The translations under genes and the position numbers were made by a program. Source: Marsupella aquatica (lineage: Eukaryota > Plantae > Marchantiophyta). Taken from it: DNA of 64,000 nucleotides. Under the pieces are notes generated by a model, which saw only the letters and a list, made by a program, of their open reading frames with translations, did no database searches and was not told the origin of the DNA. This document shows, in pieces, positions 14,085 to 26,500 of the stretch (position 1 is the first letter of the stretch; the number at the start of each line of letters is the position of its first letter). The stretch spans positions 930,001 through 994,000 of the forward strand of contig OZ316896.1 in NCBI GenBank assembly GCA_973895155.1, written 5' to 3'.

Positions 14085-14622
14085 GGGGCACTTTACAAGA
14101 CGTCGGGGGCTGTTCGCTTCCTTTTCTACCAAAGCTGAACCAGCAGCAGTTTCACATGCTAAAAACAGTATACCGGGGCTAATAGAGAATTTAGAAGACT
14201 TTTATTGCCCCCGACGTCTTGTAAAGGGAACTCTGGCCAGTGTAGCTAGAATCATTGACTAGAAGACAAACTTGGGACCCACTCCACCTGAATCTTTGGC
14301 TAATGCTGGCTAATCTTTGGCTAATGCTGGTTCCTGTGGGTCCGCATTTATTGAAAACTGCCCATAATAGGAATGGACCAAGCGGCCCGATGAAGGGACC
14401 TCCAACGGAGGTGGTCTAAAATTCTGGACAAAAAAGAGCTCCACGTCAGCAAAAGTTGGGCCCCACTGAAGTCCATGTAGGATCGGCAGAATCAATGAGC
14501 AAAACTGCCCCCGACGTTTTCTAAAGTGAACTCCAGCACTATCTCCCCAATGGGTGGCCCGGATTGGATCTTGGATGTCAGAAAAGCGAAGGAACTGCCC
14601 CCGACGTCTTGTAAAGCCACCC
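14085..14622. mobile_element. PIF/Harbinger (Tourist-like) MITE, 538 bp
   Basis: TIRs GGGGCACTTTACAAGACGTCGGGGG / CCCCCGACGTCTTGTAAAGCCACCC. TAA TSD at 14082-14084 and 14623-14625. Internal copies of the TIR motif at about 14207 and 14507. Confidence 0.8.
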
Positions 14623-15529
14623 TAAGCCTTGCCCAGCTGACATGTAGAATCACTACTGATTGACCCGGTCAACTGAAGGCTTTTTCCTTGACAGCTTAGG
14701 GAGATTTAAGGGCTGCAAATGTCAAGGACATTTAAATGCAAGACAGACCTTACTATTGTTTGATGGCGGGGTGAGGTTCAATCTTTGGCCACCATGCTTC
14801 ATAACTCTCATATGGAACAAAGATTACTGGTGGGTAACCATTTCTACTCCATCTGCTCTTTGCATAATCTTGTACATGCTCAGAAACTTGTAACCAGACT
14901 ACCTTTTTCTGGACAAAAATTATGCACAAACAACCTATGTTTGGGCAAGAATTTTAGTCCCATCCACAACCCTAGTACTTGAATGTTCAAAAAGCTTCCG
15001 GATTGCCACCGAACAACATGTTCCCACATTCCAGATGCATTGTTACAGTGGTAACCTCCAGACCTCGGTTATCCTATACAGTTGTCTATGTAACTGCACA
15101 CTCTCGAGAAGATCTGGTGTGCACTTAACAAACCTCTAAAATTGTCCATCCATTGATAAGAGTTGATGGTTTACGTCTCTTTGTTGAATGTGTAATTATC
15201 TTCAGTCAGTGAGGAGTCTCATGAGTCCTACCCTAAACGATACATCAATTTGATGGGATTGTGCGCTTACCAAGAAGTGTTCATGTAGACTTATTGAGAG
15301 TTTGTACTTAGAATGTTTTGATTGGCGGGTGTTTTCCAGGCCTGTTTGCACTTACAGTAGGTGCAAAAAAGTGCAATCTCCAGGTTAAAAATGGAAGAAC
15401 ATGGCACCTTGCAGTTAGCAAGGTGTGCATTTATGGAGTGTGCACTTAGAAAGAGATGCCTCTAAACAAGAGGAAAAACTATAGGTCACTCCCATACCAA
15501 AGCGAGGTAGATGGCAGGAGAACACGGTC

Positions 15530-15728
15530 CAATAATTGCACATCAAATTGTGATAATATATAGCATACAAGGACATAAGGAGACCAGCCACGCAAGAGCA
15601 AACCCCCTGCTGGTAACACACATCCAAAGGTGGCCGCATTCATTGATTGAAAGAAAAAAACTAGGATTATCATGGGTATGCAGGGGTGCCATACATAGTA
15701 TATGTCATATTTTGATGTGCAGTTACCG
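15530..15728. mobile_element. Small foldback/MITE, family with TAAYTGCACATCAAA termini (copy 1)
   Basis: CAATAATTGCACATCAAATTGTG ... TTTGATGTGCAGTTACCG inverted ends; no TSD resolved. Confidence 0.45.
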
Positions 15729-15948
15729 AGACCCGAGCAAACCGACATAGCCGGTCATTGGACACTCTTTGGACCTGATCTGTTTGTCCTTTCTTGTAAA
15801 TATAGTGTCCTATTCACAGTTATTAAATGATGTCCTCATTCTGTATTCTCAAAGTCATCCTGGTCTCCACGTGATTATTTTATCTTCCCACAACTTTGGA
15901 GACACTGGAGGTTTCACTAGTGAGATTACATTACATGAGAAGGCATCC

Positions 15949-16077
15949 CAATAAGTGCACATCAAAATGTGCATTTAGTGCCACTCCCTACCATGGTAAA
16001 CAATTTTTTCTTCTTTAAATCACTAAGTGTTGTTTATTGTTCACGTTATATTGCCACATTCTGATGTGCAATTATTG
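15949..16077. mobile_element. Small foldback/MITE, same family (copy 2)
   Basis: CAATAAGTGCACATCAAAATGTG ... CACATTCTGATGTGCAATTATTG inverted ends. Confidence 0.5.
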
Positions 16078-16852
16078 TAAGTCCACGTGAAGAGCTCCTC
16101 TACCCTTGATTCCCCATGCTCCATTGGACTCAAAGAAAGAAGTCTAGCATGAATATGAATATGAATTCTCTATAAAAAGTAGTCATTGTGTTGTATATGA
16201 AATGAATGATATGATACCAAGAGTATTTTATACATAAACTTGTGGTTGAAAAGTGTTTTTAGACACTTGCACAAGACAAGGAAAGAAATGTGGACCCTCA
16301 CGATGTAGATCTTGCTCATCAATAAAAAGGCACAGAAAGCATGCACCCTAAACTATCAAACAATTCCACTCCTCACCCACAACATCCTTTTAGTCGCCAT
16401 GTTTAGCCTCTTCTTGAATTGGATCATAAGCAACGTTTTTTAGTGGCAAAATTTTGCCAAATTCCCCCTCATTGAAAAGTGTTCTTCCCTTTAGGCAAAA
16501 ATTCCTCAGTTTTTTGTCTTGATTAACCAGTTTCCACGTAGCCATTGACCCCTTTAGTCAAAATCTAGCTGTTATCTTTAAACTTAGATGTATTACATTT
16601 GCCATTCTTTTGTGTTTAGTTCATACCATTATTGCCACTCTTTTTTGTTTAATTCATACAATGGTATCTTTGCTGACTGCTGGGTAAGCAAAGTAAGTTT
16701 AGTTAGCTCGAACAATCCAAAAGCCAATATCCAGCTATGTTTCACCACTGAATGCTTGAATATGTACCCTAAACCCTAGCACCCTTTTCAACTCTTGACA
16801 TTGAGTTGGGTCTAATACTTTTCTCCTGCCCCAACCGAGCTGGAGGTAGGGA

Positions 16853-16876
16853 CCTAAACCCTAAACCCTAAACCCC
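16853..16876 (+). repeat. Interstitial telomere-like (CCCTAAA)n / telo-box tract
   Basis: CCTAAA CCCTAAA CCCTAAA CCC; a further CCCTAAACCCTA lies at about 16767. Confidence 0.7.
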
Positions 16877-17554
16877 TGTCCCCCTGGTCAAGGGTGACAC
16901 AGAGTATTCAGGTCAAGTTGGACAATGACAACAATTTTGTGTAAAATTATTGAAATATGATCGTTGGATCATTCCAAGCTAACAATGATTATTTTCGCTG
17001 AACCTACCTTGAATAATAATAGCAAAACATATAATTTGACAGAAAAGACCGCCAATGAATACATCTTAGGAATTTGGTCAGAACTCAATCCATGAAGATT
17101 CACTAGTATATTCTAGGCATCTTCTCTTCAGCACCACTAGGTCACATTGGCCAAAGAGAAACAACCTTAAAAACATTACCCCTACCGAGCTGGAGGAGGA
17201 GGGCACGTCTGCATGCGCAATGGTCATGGCCTCCAGCAATCATTTATCTGGAGCATTTATGGAGCTGTCACGGGAAGCCTTGGTCACTTGGTGGCCGTCA
17301 GTGGCAAAAACATGCAAAAACGGCGTAAATAAAAAGCGAAAGGGTCCACTGCCAAACATTTACCTCGTTCCGTACTGCTGCCCCCTAAATGCCTGCCGCG
17401 ATTGTTGTTCCTCTTTAGAATTTTACACCTTGGGGGCAAACCAAATACGATATTTTGGGTTGGGAAGCGGGCAGAATCTTTGTCTTTAGCGTAGACAGCT
17501 CGCTAAATTCCACAGCACTGGAAAGTAGCCGCCGGGTTTTTTTGGTGGTCGGGC

Positions 17555-17892
17555 TATCCAGTTTTCTACCTAACCCCATTCGTCAGAATCTAACGGGTAC
17601 CCTTGAATTTTGGGGAATCTAACGGCCAGAAATTAATCGAGTAAAGTCCAGTAAAATTAGACTGATAAGATTCTTAGCATCTTCTCGTTCACATTAGGTG
17701 ACATTGGGCACGGTGGAAAAACGAGACGACGATTCCCCGGTTTCTCACCTAACCTCAGTAGTCAGAATCATCTGAGGGTTACCCTTAAACTAGGGAGATG
17801 TACCGGTCCAAAATTAATGTAATAAATTAGACAGAGAATATTCTCAGCAACTTCTCTTTGACAGTAGGTGACATGGGCCACTCTGGAAAAAG
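17555..17892. repeat. Degenerate ~180-bp tandem duplication
   Basis: ACCTAACC..GTCAGAATC..TACCCTT..AAATTAAT..AAATTAGAC..TTCT.AGCA.CTTCTC..TAGGTGACAT..TGGAAAAA occurs twice; a partial third copy lies at about 17105-17150. Confidence 0.65.
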
Positions 17893-18034
17893 GAGGAAAC
17901 CTTAAAAGTGAGAGAAATACCATTCAGGAAAGCCAATTTTTTTCTCCGCATCTTGGGAAAGGACAGATTGGAGACTTCAAACGTTGTAATTTTCTGCAAT
18001 TTATGGACTAGAATGCCCTTCAGAGTGAGGTCCA

Positions 18035-18144
18035 GGTAACTGCACATCAAATTATGACCTGTAAGACATCTCTCCATACCATGATAAACTTTGTTATTTT
18101 TAAAAAATACACCCTATATTAACACATTTTGAAGTGTGATAACC
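18035..18144. mobile_element. Small foldback/MITE, same family (copy 3, degenerate)
   Basis: GGTAACTGCACATCAAATTATG ... CACATTTTGAAGTGTGATAACC; the internal TACCATG.TAAAC is shared with copy 2. Confidence 0.35.
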
Positions 18145-18797
18145 AGCAAGGTCCACAGTCTGTGCAAGCCACGTTTTACTATTCTTTTGTTTATACTGGT
18201 CTCTAAATAAAAAATGTAAAATCCAACTTGTATGAAATTTAGGATGGTCTTAATGTGCGAACAAAGTACAAAAAGGACAAACATAGGAGTATTTAAAAAT
18301 CGTACAGGGATGAAAGTGTATTAGGGAACTTTGCCAGACCGTAGTCCCAAGGTTCTTTTTTGTTGTTCCAAAGGAAATTTTAGTGAAAAGTGACAGGGCC
18401 ACACTTCCCAAGCTTTGCCAACTACAGTAATGCACATCACTAGGACGTCTCAAACCTGCTGCTGAGCATTTGTTTTTAATCAGCGGCTTCAGGAAATTTC
18501 TGTCCACCACCTTGAATGAAACCCAACTTCAAGGAAAACTTAACCCAGGGTGCTTTTGGTTTGAGACAGATCACAACACCCCCCCCCCCTTACATGCAGG
18601 TTGACTCAACATCATTGATTACTTGAATTTGGTCCATTCTTGAAGGGTGCCAATGTGTTCATGCCAGCCAATTTGTGGTGTGGATGTGTGGTGTGGATGC
18701 CAGAGCCCTGACCACCCAAGTTAATGGTGGTAGCCATGGGAATGGCACATTTTTCCCTCACAACCCAGCCCGTGACATTCTAGGTTGTTTAAACTAC

Positions 18798-19500
18798 ACC
18801 GTGAGTTAAATTTACGTCAAGTTAATGCGCCCCCACTTTCCCGGGGCGCCGAACTCTGCCCGTCCCAGTCCCCGATGCTGCTGCCCGCTCCGGCCTGAGT
18901 TTGCCAGAACATAAACCAATAGTCTAACATTTGGTCGCTCGATCCAGCCCGATCAACTTTGTGCCATCGACTTCGGGTTTATGTTTTGGCACCCTTCATT
19001 TTTTAGGCTCCCCTTGAACACTTAGACTCTATCATGAAATAGGTATGACTCCATTGGAAAGAAGTGTTGCCAAAATATAAACCATGACTCCATCAAGAAG
19101 AAGCATTTGGCAAAACACCAACCAAGACTTTATCAATCATGAATCTTAACCAAGTACTAGGCTCCCTTGAACACTTAGACTGTGTTACAAAGCAAATATG
19201 ACTCTCTGGGAAAGAAGTGTTGCCAGAACATAAACCATGATTCCACAACGAAGAAGTCAATGACACAAAGTCAATCGGGCCGGAGCGCGCAACAAAAATT
19301 GATGGGTGCCAAAACATAAACCCAAAGTAGATGACACAAAGTTGATAGGGCTGGAGCGGGCAACAAAATTTTGGAGTATTGGTTTATGTTCTGACAAACT
19401 CGGGCCGGAGCGGACAGCAGCATCGGGGAGTGGGACGGGCAGTATATGGCACCTCGAGAAAATTGAGCGGCATTAACTTGACGTAGATTTAACTCACGGT
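18798..19500. mobile_element. Mutator-like (MULE) non-autonomous foldback element, 703 bp
   Basis: TIRs of about 205 bp beginning ACCGTGAGTTAAATTTACGTCAAGTTAATG and ending CATTAACTTGACGTAGATTTAACTCACGGT. 9-bp TSD TTAAACTAC at 18789-18797 and 19501-19509. Internal direct repeat at about 19005 and 19158. Confidence 0.88.
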
Positions 19501-22500
19501 TTAAACTACTAAGGGGGCTCAATATTCAAGGCTTCCGAATTTTTACGGCAATTAACAGCCGGCCATGTTCACTCATACGGTGCACAGGGACAGACTGTCT
19601 TGGGCAGGGTTTTGCAATAATGAGACTCCCCGGGACAGGCTGCATTTGGACTTTTAAAGACTGTCCGGTGATCCCAAAACAACAAGGGATACAAGTACAA
19701 CAAGTGCCCACCATATAGATTTTGAAATTCAGTATACACGATCAACCAACGACTAAACACTGCAGCCTGGTCTCGTCGACCACCCTACCAGTCGCCCATC
19801 ACTCTTTGGGTCACAGCCGTTCCAACCACAACGCGGACCACAAGTATTTCACCACAACGCGGACGACAGTATTTCACCGCGGCCCAAACATTGAGACCCC
19901 CTACTGAACAGGAGGTTTGAGACACCATAATGGGGGTTTCTGGCATTTCTTGCATGCAGCTTCCATTGCACGAATGCCCAACATTTGCCAGTACGACAAT
20001 CACCTGATGTGTTCCTCGTACTTCACTGTAGACAGCATATCTGAAGCGACAATCATGTCGAGCAGGAGCATGTCATGGGGGTGTCAATTTCACACACGAT
20101 CCCAAAGGCAAGAGAAGCAGCTGTAGATAGATGGTTTGCAGTGGAAAGCATTAGTACTGTGATACGGCTCCCCCCACTTTCCTGTAGTCCATCAAGATGC
20201 TCGGTGACTTGGAATTCGATGGGGTGGTGCGTTGGAGGCCTCGAACTGGTCACATCATGCTACATTGACAGGGATAAGAAAGAGCTGAGAAATCAGGAAT
20301 GAAATCAACGATAGGACGAACGAAATAAACAATCTCGCGGCTGCAAAAGTGGTCATTTTGGCTGACCTTTGCGATAGCTCAAGGATTTTCTAGTGGGAAC
20401 TATTCAACAAATCACTCCTTTATTGAGAGTCTGGGTCAATAAATTTGATGGCTGGGAGATTAAATTTCAGTTTCAATTAACTGCGTGCGTGCGTGCATGC
20501 GTGTGAGAATCTGTTGTGGGAGTACCAGACAGCTCAATAAGCACACGATGAGGTACCCCACACCTGGTACCCGATCCTGTCCACGACATGGGCATGAGGA
20601 TTCTCAGGCGAAGTTGTACACTTCTGGACAGGACTGCAAATTTTACTCCAAAGAAAGAATGAGATACTTTGGGAGGCACAAGGGACGGTGTACAGCGGAG
20701 AGGGGACGACAGATCATCGGACACGGGTGCACATTGTGCGCGCAAAGTTGAGAGTGAGGTAGAAGCCCAACGTGTAGAGCAGAGCAAAGTAGAGATACTG
20801 TATGAAAGGAGACAGAATTCCACACCCCACGAGAAAAAGGTTCGTGATACATTGCAAAGACTGAGTCTATTTGAAGGGCATCTTTGCACTTTCAATCCGA
20901 AGGTTAAATGGGCAGGACTGCACATTAGGAGTGGATCCTTGAGATTTATGAGGCTGATCGATGCAAAGGCTCAGCTTAAAGAGCAAAGATTCGAAAATGG
21001 GAATGAAATTGGAACTAATACATATGTACACCAAGCAACGCAGGACTGGAGACGTTAAGTTTCCTACCCTTGTGCTCCATTGATGCATCAGGAGATCTTC
21101 CTGTCTCCCGACGGATACGCTTTAACACATGTATCCTCCAATGAATTTCCATGTTTCACGTTTAAAGTACCTTGCCAAGCAGCAGCTACAGTAGCGCATT
21201 CCTATTGACATGAATTCAAGCACATCTTCTAAAATGTAACTTCTTCACCACGGAGGAGTGACATACAGAGCATCTTCTTACTGGCCATTCATCGTCATAG
21301 AGACAGCAGAAGCCCTAGAGCTGCATTGCATACATAAGACCCTGGGCTGGATATGAGGAGTTGGGTTTCTGATTGAGTTTGGCTTCCTGGACGTAGAGCG
21401 TTAAGATGTCGGTCGTTCAAATATCCAGACATTCAATCACATAAAATGACCTCAATCTAGACTGGTCTCAAGTCATTGCTCAGGTCGGAGTTGAAGAGCC
21501 AATCAAGGGCCTAAGTGCACCATTGCCTTGAAGCGTTTCATGAGACTATTCGAGAAACTCCTTCGACTATTCGAGAAACTCCTTCTAGCATATAGCGGCG
21601 ATTGAAGCTCTCAGAGACCAATGTGGTAAGGGTGGTGATGATCATCAGATGTCTCCTCAATAATCTCTTTCATTGACATGAATGTTTGAGATATTTTGTC
21701 GGACATATTTCTTTTTTCAGTATTACCATGAGTACTATGTTCATTTCAACCATCACAATATTTTTCAAGACATAAAATTAAGTTTTTTCTTTTAAATGAA
21801 TGATTCTCCATGCTTCCAAACACAAAAGATGATGAGTCTCTTCATCAACTACATGGAGTGCTGAAATTACATTGAAGGTGATGCTTAATCTGACTTCCTC
21901 TGCGGGTATCATGTTGGATTGTTTTAATGTATACAATGATTCTTCCTCTTCGAGTATCATTTTGGATTGTCACGAATCAGATTAATAAACAGGATCCTGT
22001 TCTATATATTTATTTGTTTATTTTCACCATGATTCCTTAGAAGCTGCCCCGGCCAAGTCCTTCTATCCTCATTCCAAATGCCACGAACCCAGCTCTCTAT
22101 GATTCTCAATTTTCAGAGGTGGAAATAATTCCCATCAAGAGGTTCTTCTTCATGAGATCAAGTGTATTCCTGGGTGTCCATAGGACGGTCTCTGTTTGTT
22201 ATTAAAATTGTGTTATCGGCACGAACGACCTGTGAGCACTGTAATGCCACCTCTGAAGAACTACGACATTCTATTTCTCTGTAGACGTGTCTCGACCAAA
22301 ATTACCGACATGGCGCTTGAAGCCGTGTCCACGCTCCCTGCACCTGGCCCTCCCCTCCCGTCAAGATTCACAATAAAGAACTCTCGACGCCCTGTCGCCC
22401 GAACGACGTCAGAACATCCAGTCGAATTATGGATAAACCGGGTTGGAAACTTTGCACGTTCGACATCAAAATGAGACAACCCACAAAACCGGGGGTCAAG

Positions 22501-23582
22501 TAGTCCCAAATTTGAAGTCCATCGTCTTTTCGACAATTGCACATTAGTCAACCGAGAGAAATGAACTTGTGAAGTCCACCCAGACCCATCAGCTCATTCA
22601 TTAGACACCTTTTAAGGGTGCCGGCCATGGTCTATCTCAGCGGATTTTCATTACGAACACCCCAGATTCCTCTGATTCCACTCACCTAGTGTAAAAGCAT
22701 AGGCCTTCTGTATTGTTTCTCATATAAAGTATGCAAGGAACACACGCTTATAAAAATTTGGGAAGTACTTGGGGATGAGCTGGAATACACGCGATGTACT
22801 GGGAGACTTGGTCTTACTGCTGTCGAATGTTCTCACAAAATCAAACGCTGATGTCTTCTCGGCATTTATCAACACCAGGTCCTACAAGCATTGGCTGAGA
22901 AACACATCTTACTGTAATGCCCTCTACATCTGCCATAGCTTTGGCACTTCAAATCCCTCCGCTGAACAACCTACCTCCTGCCTCCCGACGGGAAAACAAA
23001 ACTTCAAATCATGATGCACCGTGCTTTTCTTGGGCTACCACAGGATAGATCTCTCGACTATGCTGGGCAACATGAAACAGAAAGGCTGGGTTGTATGTAG
23101 CCGATAAACTAATTAACTATCAAATTTTGACTCATTACACAGGTGCCCCAGACTGTGGGCAGCCTTACAACTCACAATGTCACAAACCCAACGCCGGACT
23201 GCCAGGATATACATTGATTCAGCTGTACTTTCTTAAAAGATCATTTAGAACACTTCCTGCCTTTTCGTAACAAAGGTCCGAATCGTTACAGCGATCTAAA
23301 CGAAGCTGCTTGGAAAAAGGGATAATTTATGAACCCTGACCAAAAGTCTGAATAGACCGAGGTCGATGTAAATTTCACGAAAAAAGGGATTGCTCTTGAA
23401 CCCTTCCTTCAACTGAAAGGAGTGCACTGATTAATTTCAGTGTATATGTACAGCAGATTTTGGCTACCTCAAATGAATAAATGCAATCAGGTTGCCCGGC
23501 AGTTGTGCTGTAGGGCGCTACACCATTGGGAGGCCATGATCAGGAGGAATTCATAGCTTGATAAGTATAAGTCCAGTACGCA

Positions 23583-26500
23583 CTATTCTAAGTCCGGAGG
23601 ACTGCCAACTTCCGATAGCCAATCCGAAGTTGGATTTTGATACAACCTATTTTCTAACGCCATTCTGGAATGCTTCAGCTTCGGACTTTGGAACGCATTC
23701 CTTGTGGAAGGCCTTGAAATAGGAGAACTCGTTCCCGCTCGGGCGGAATCTTCTCTCGCCCTGAACACGGGAGCCGTGTCTGGCCCAGTCAAGGACAACT
23801 GTACCTTGGACGAAGAGTACCGCAACTCGCGCCTCGTATCGAGCAGAGCTTGGAAATCCCTGTCACCACCTCCAAAAACAGGGGACTCGCCTCTGAACAA
23901 ATCTCTAAGGGTGTCCGTCATGGATGTCTCACCTTTCCCTGCTTCCCCCCTTCTCATCGTTGGAGAAATGTGCTCTTTTTTAGTCACAGGATATTCCCGA
24001 AGCGCAATCGGTTTCGGGCTTCTGTCCTCCACCTTGGGTTGTGAAGGTTGTGGCTGGAAGACATCAATAGTTTTTTGCTCCTGGAAAACGTCAGGAATTT
24101 TTCTTCCTAGACTGGACTCTTCGGAAGTGAGACCCAGCCTCCTTGCACTTCCAAGATGTTTCTCCACGTATGGCATTTTATCACTAGTGAAAGCTGACCT
24201 GGCTAGTTGCTCCAACCGTGATGATATCACAGAAGCCTTTTGAGGTGTCACAGAAGAAACAGAAGATAGGAGTGGTGTCTTTTGAGGAGTCGGATGTTTG
24301 CCAGCCGCCCTTCTGGAATGCCCACCGGCCATCGTTTCTTCCTCAGCCAAATCATCCTTGCTTTGAGAATCATCCTTCTCAGCTGCTTCCCACCGGAGGA
24401 ACGCATTGATGGCATTCTTTACACTACCACTATCCCGCTTGAGCAGTTGACCAACAACTTGATCCAAATCGTCGGCCACTACACTGGTCATAGTATCCAG
24501 GGATAGCTCCTTTGAAATGACGGTCGGTACGCTGCTCTCATCCGGTGTGATTGGCAGGGGTACCTGATCCATTGGAGGAGTCGACATCACACTGCTCGAT
24601 TCCAGCTGACTCCCATCAGGGGAACCGAAGACTGAACTTAGAAACTCGTCACAGACAGCATCGTTGTCAGACTGAGTCTCGCAATTCATCGACTCCTCCG
24701 TCAAAATCATGCTGGAGGCTGATCTCTGCATACCCAAGCCTGTCGCACTGGCTACCACTACGCCTTGGGAACTGAATCCAGGGGCTGTAGACATTGGATG
24801 CTGTCCGCGAGAGATGGGCTCGCTGGCCCCTGATACCCCAAACTCGCTTCCTGCCTGGCCCCCATGCCTGGACACCGGTTCACTGGCTGCTCGTGCCGGA
24901 AGAGGGGAAGCAAGGTCATTTTCCACTAATTCTTTCACACTTGACGCAGGCTCACTTTCCACAGATCCTACAACTTTCGATTCATGATCCTTTCTCGATG
25001 GGACACTTGAGGCAGTTTGATCACCACTCGGTTTTTGTGTGTTCTCCTCGCTACTATCTTTCCCTCCGCCACTCTGGTTGAACTCTCGTCGTCGACTTTC
25101 CTGATCCTCAAACACGCTCTGGTTCAGTCGTTCAATCTGGGTACTCCATGAACTGTCGTCGCTCTGGACAGGGCTCTCAGAACCTCCTGTGCCAACAGAA
25201 TCTGGACTCACTGCTCCGGTACCTGTGACAACGGTTAGATACATGTGTAAAATAGGTGAAGATTGCAACCCTAGCTCATGACCTTGGAATCCTTTTCCTA
25301 AGACTTCAATCGGATGGTACTTTCCGTTGATGGTACAAGGACATCAGAAGGGCTGTTTAAAATTCTAGAAATATACTGAAGACAAATCTACTAGGAAAAA
25401 TCAGCAAGCAACTAGGTGACAATGCCAAGTAAGGTAACGCTCTCTATACTTATATTCTGTACGTAATTCCATCTCTGAGATTCACTGTAAACTATTCAGC
25501 AATAATCGGTATAAAAGAAAAAAGAAGGCACTGTCTTTCTTTGCAACAAGGGGCCTTGATATGTGGGCTCTTAAGATGTCATCATCGAATAAGTAACGGG
25601 ACTTCATGAGCCAGAACACCGATTTTTTCTTCCAGCAGCTGAAAAACAATGAAAAAGGTTCTCTCAAGGAATAATCAGATCTATCATGTAAGTGGGAGTG
25701 AAAAGATAGGCTTACCTGCAGATGGTGGTACAAAAATCGTCGTCTTTTCTCTATGTAGTTGCAGTTCTTTCTCCATTGATTTCAGCTTCTCTACCGTATC
25801 TTGTAAATCTGCCTCAAGCTCCGCAATTCGATGCTCTTGCCTTGAGTTTTGGACCTTACGCAAGAGCCTCGATAACTCCCTTGGTGGCACACCTCCACCA
25901 GTGTGGACGGGCTCCTCGGCTATGAAGTCATCGTTGTCATCATCCCAGTCCACCACTGCTGGTAGCCCTTCGACACCTAAATCACGATCGGCCACACCAG
26001 CGACACCTTCTGGGTCCAGCTGCACAAATGGTGGAAAGAATAAATAGATTAGAGAACGAATTTCTCCACTCCGCAGATCGGGGGAACTTTGAGGTTGATT
26101 ACCTTCATGATTTGCAGCAAGGAAAGAGACTTAAATAAAAATCACCGTATATTTACAACTTTGGGCAATTTTCAGTCGAACGTTGCGAGTCTTCAGAAAG
26201 TTTACACGAAGTTCCTGATTTGCAGGTCATTCCAAAAGGTGGGACGGGGAGACTAAAGGGAAAGCAAGTTCCGCAGAGGAAAGCATTCATATCGGTAGAT
26301 ACAAACCACACAGAACGAGTGCTTCACCCGTGTGAGGTACACTAAATCCAAAGACAGGGTGGTATCCAGCGCTAAGGTTGACATTGTGCCTAACATAAAG
26401 ATTTTACGACATAAATTCGATTCTATACGGCCTCCTAACCTTAAAATTGCCTACATTACCTCTTGAAAGTCTGGTGGACCGCTGGCAGCATCGGTGATTC

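Noticed and set aside
16853-16876. Chromosome end or fusion scar
   Set aside because: Only about three telomeric units, which is common interstitially.
19785-20003. GGLNVWAAV as a Tc1/mariner transposase motif
   Set aside because: No flanking DDE residues, TIRs or TA TSD were found.
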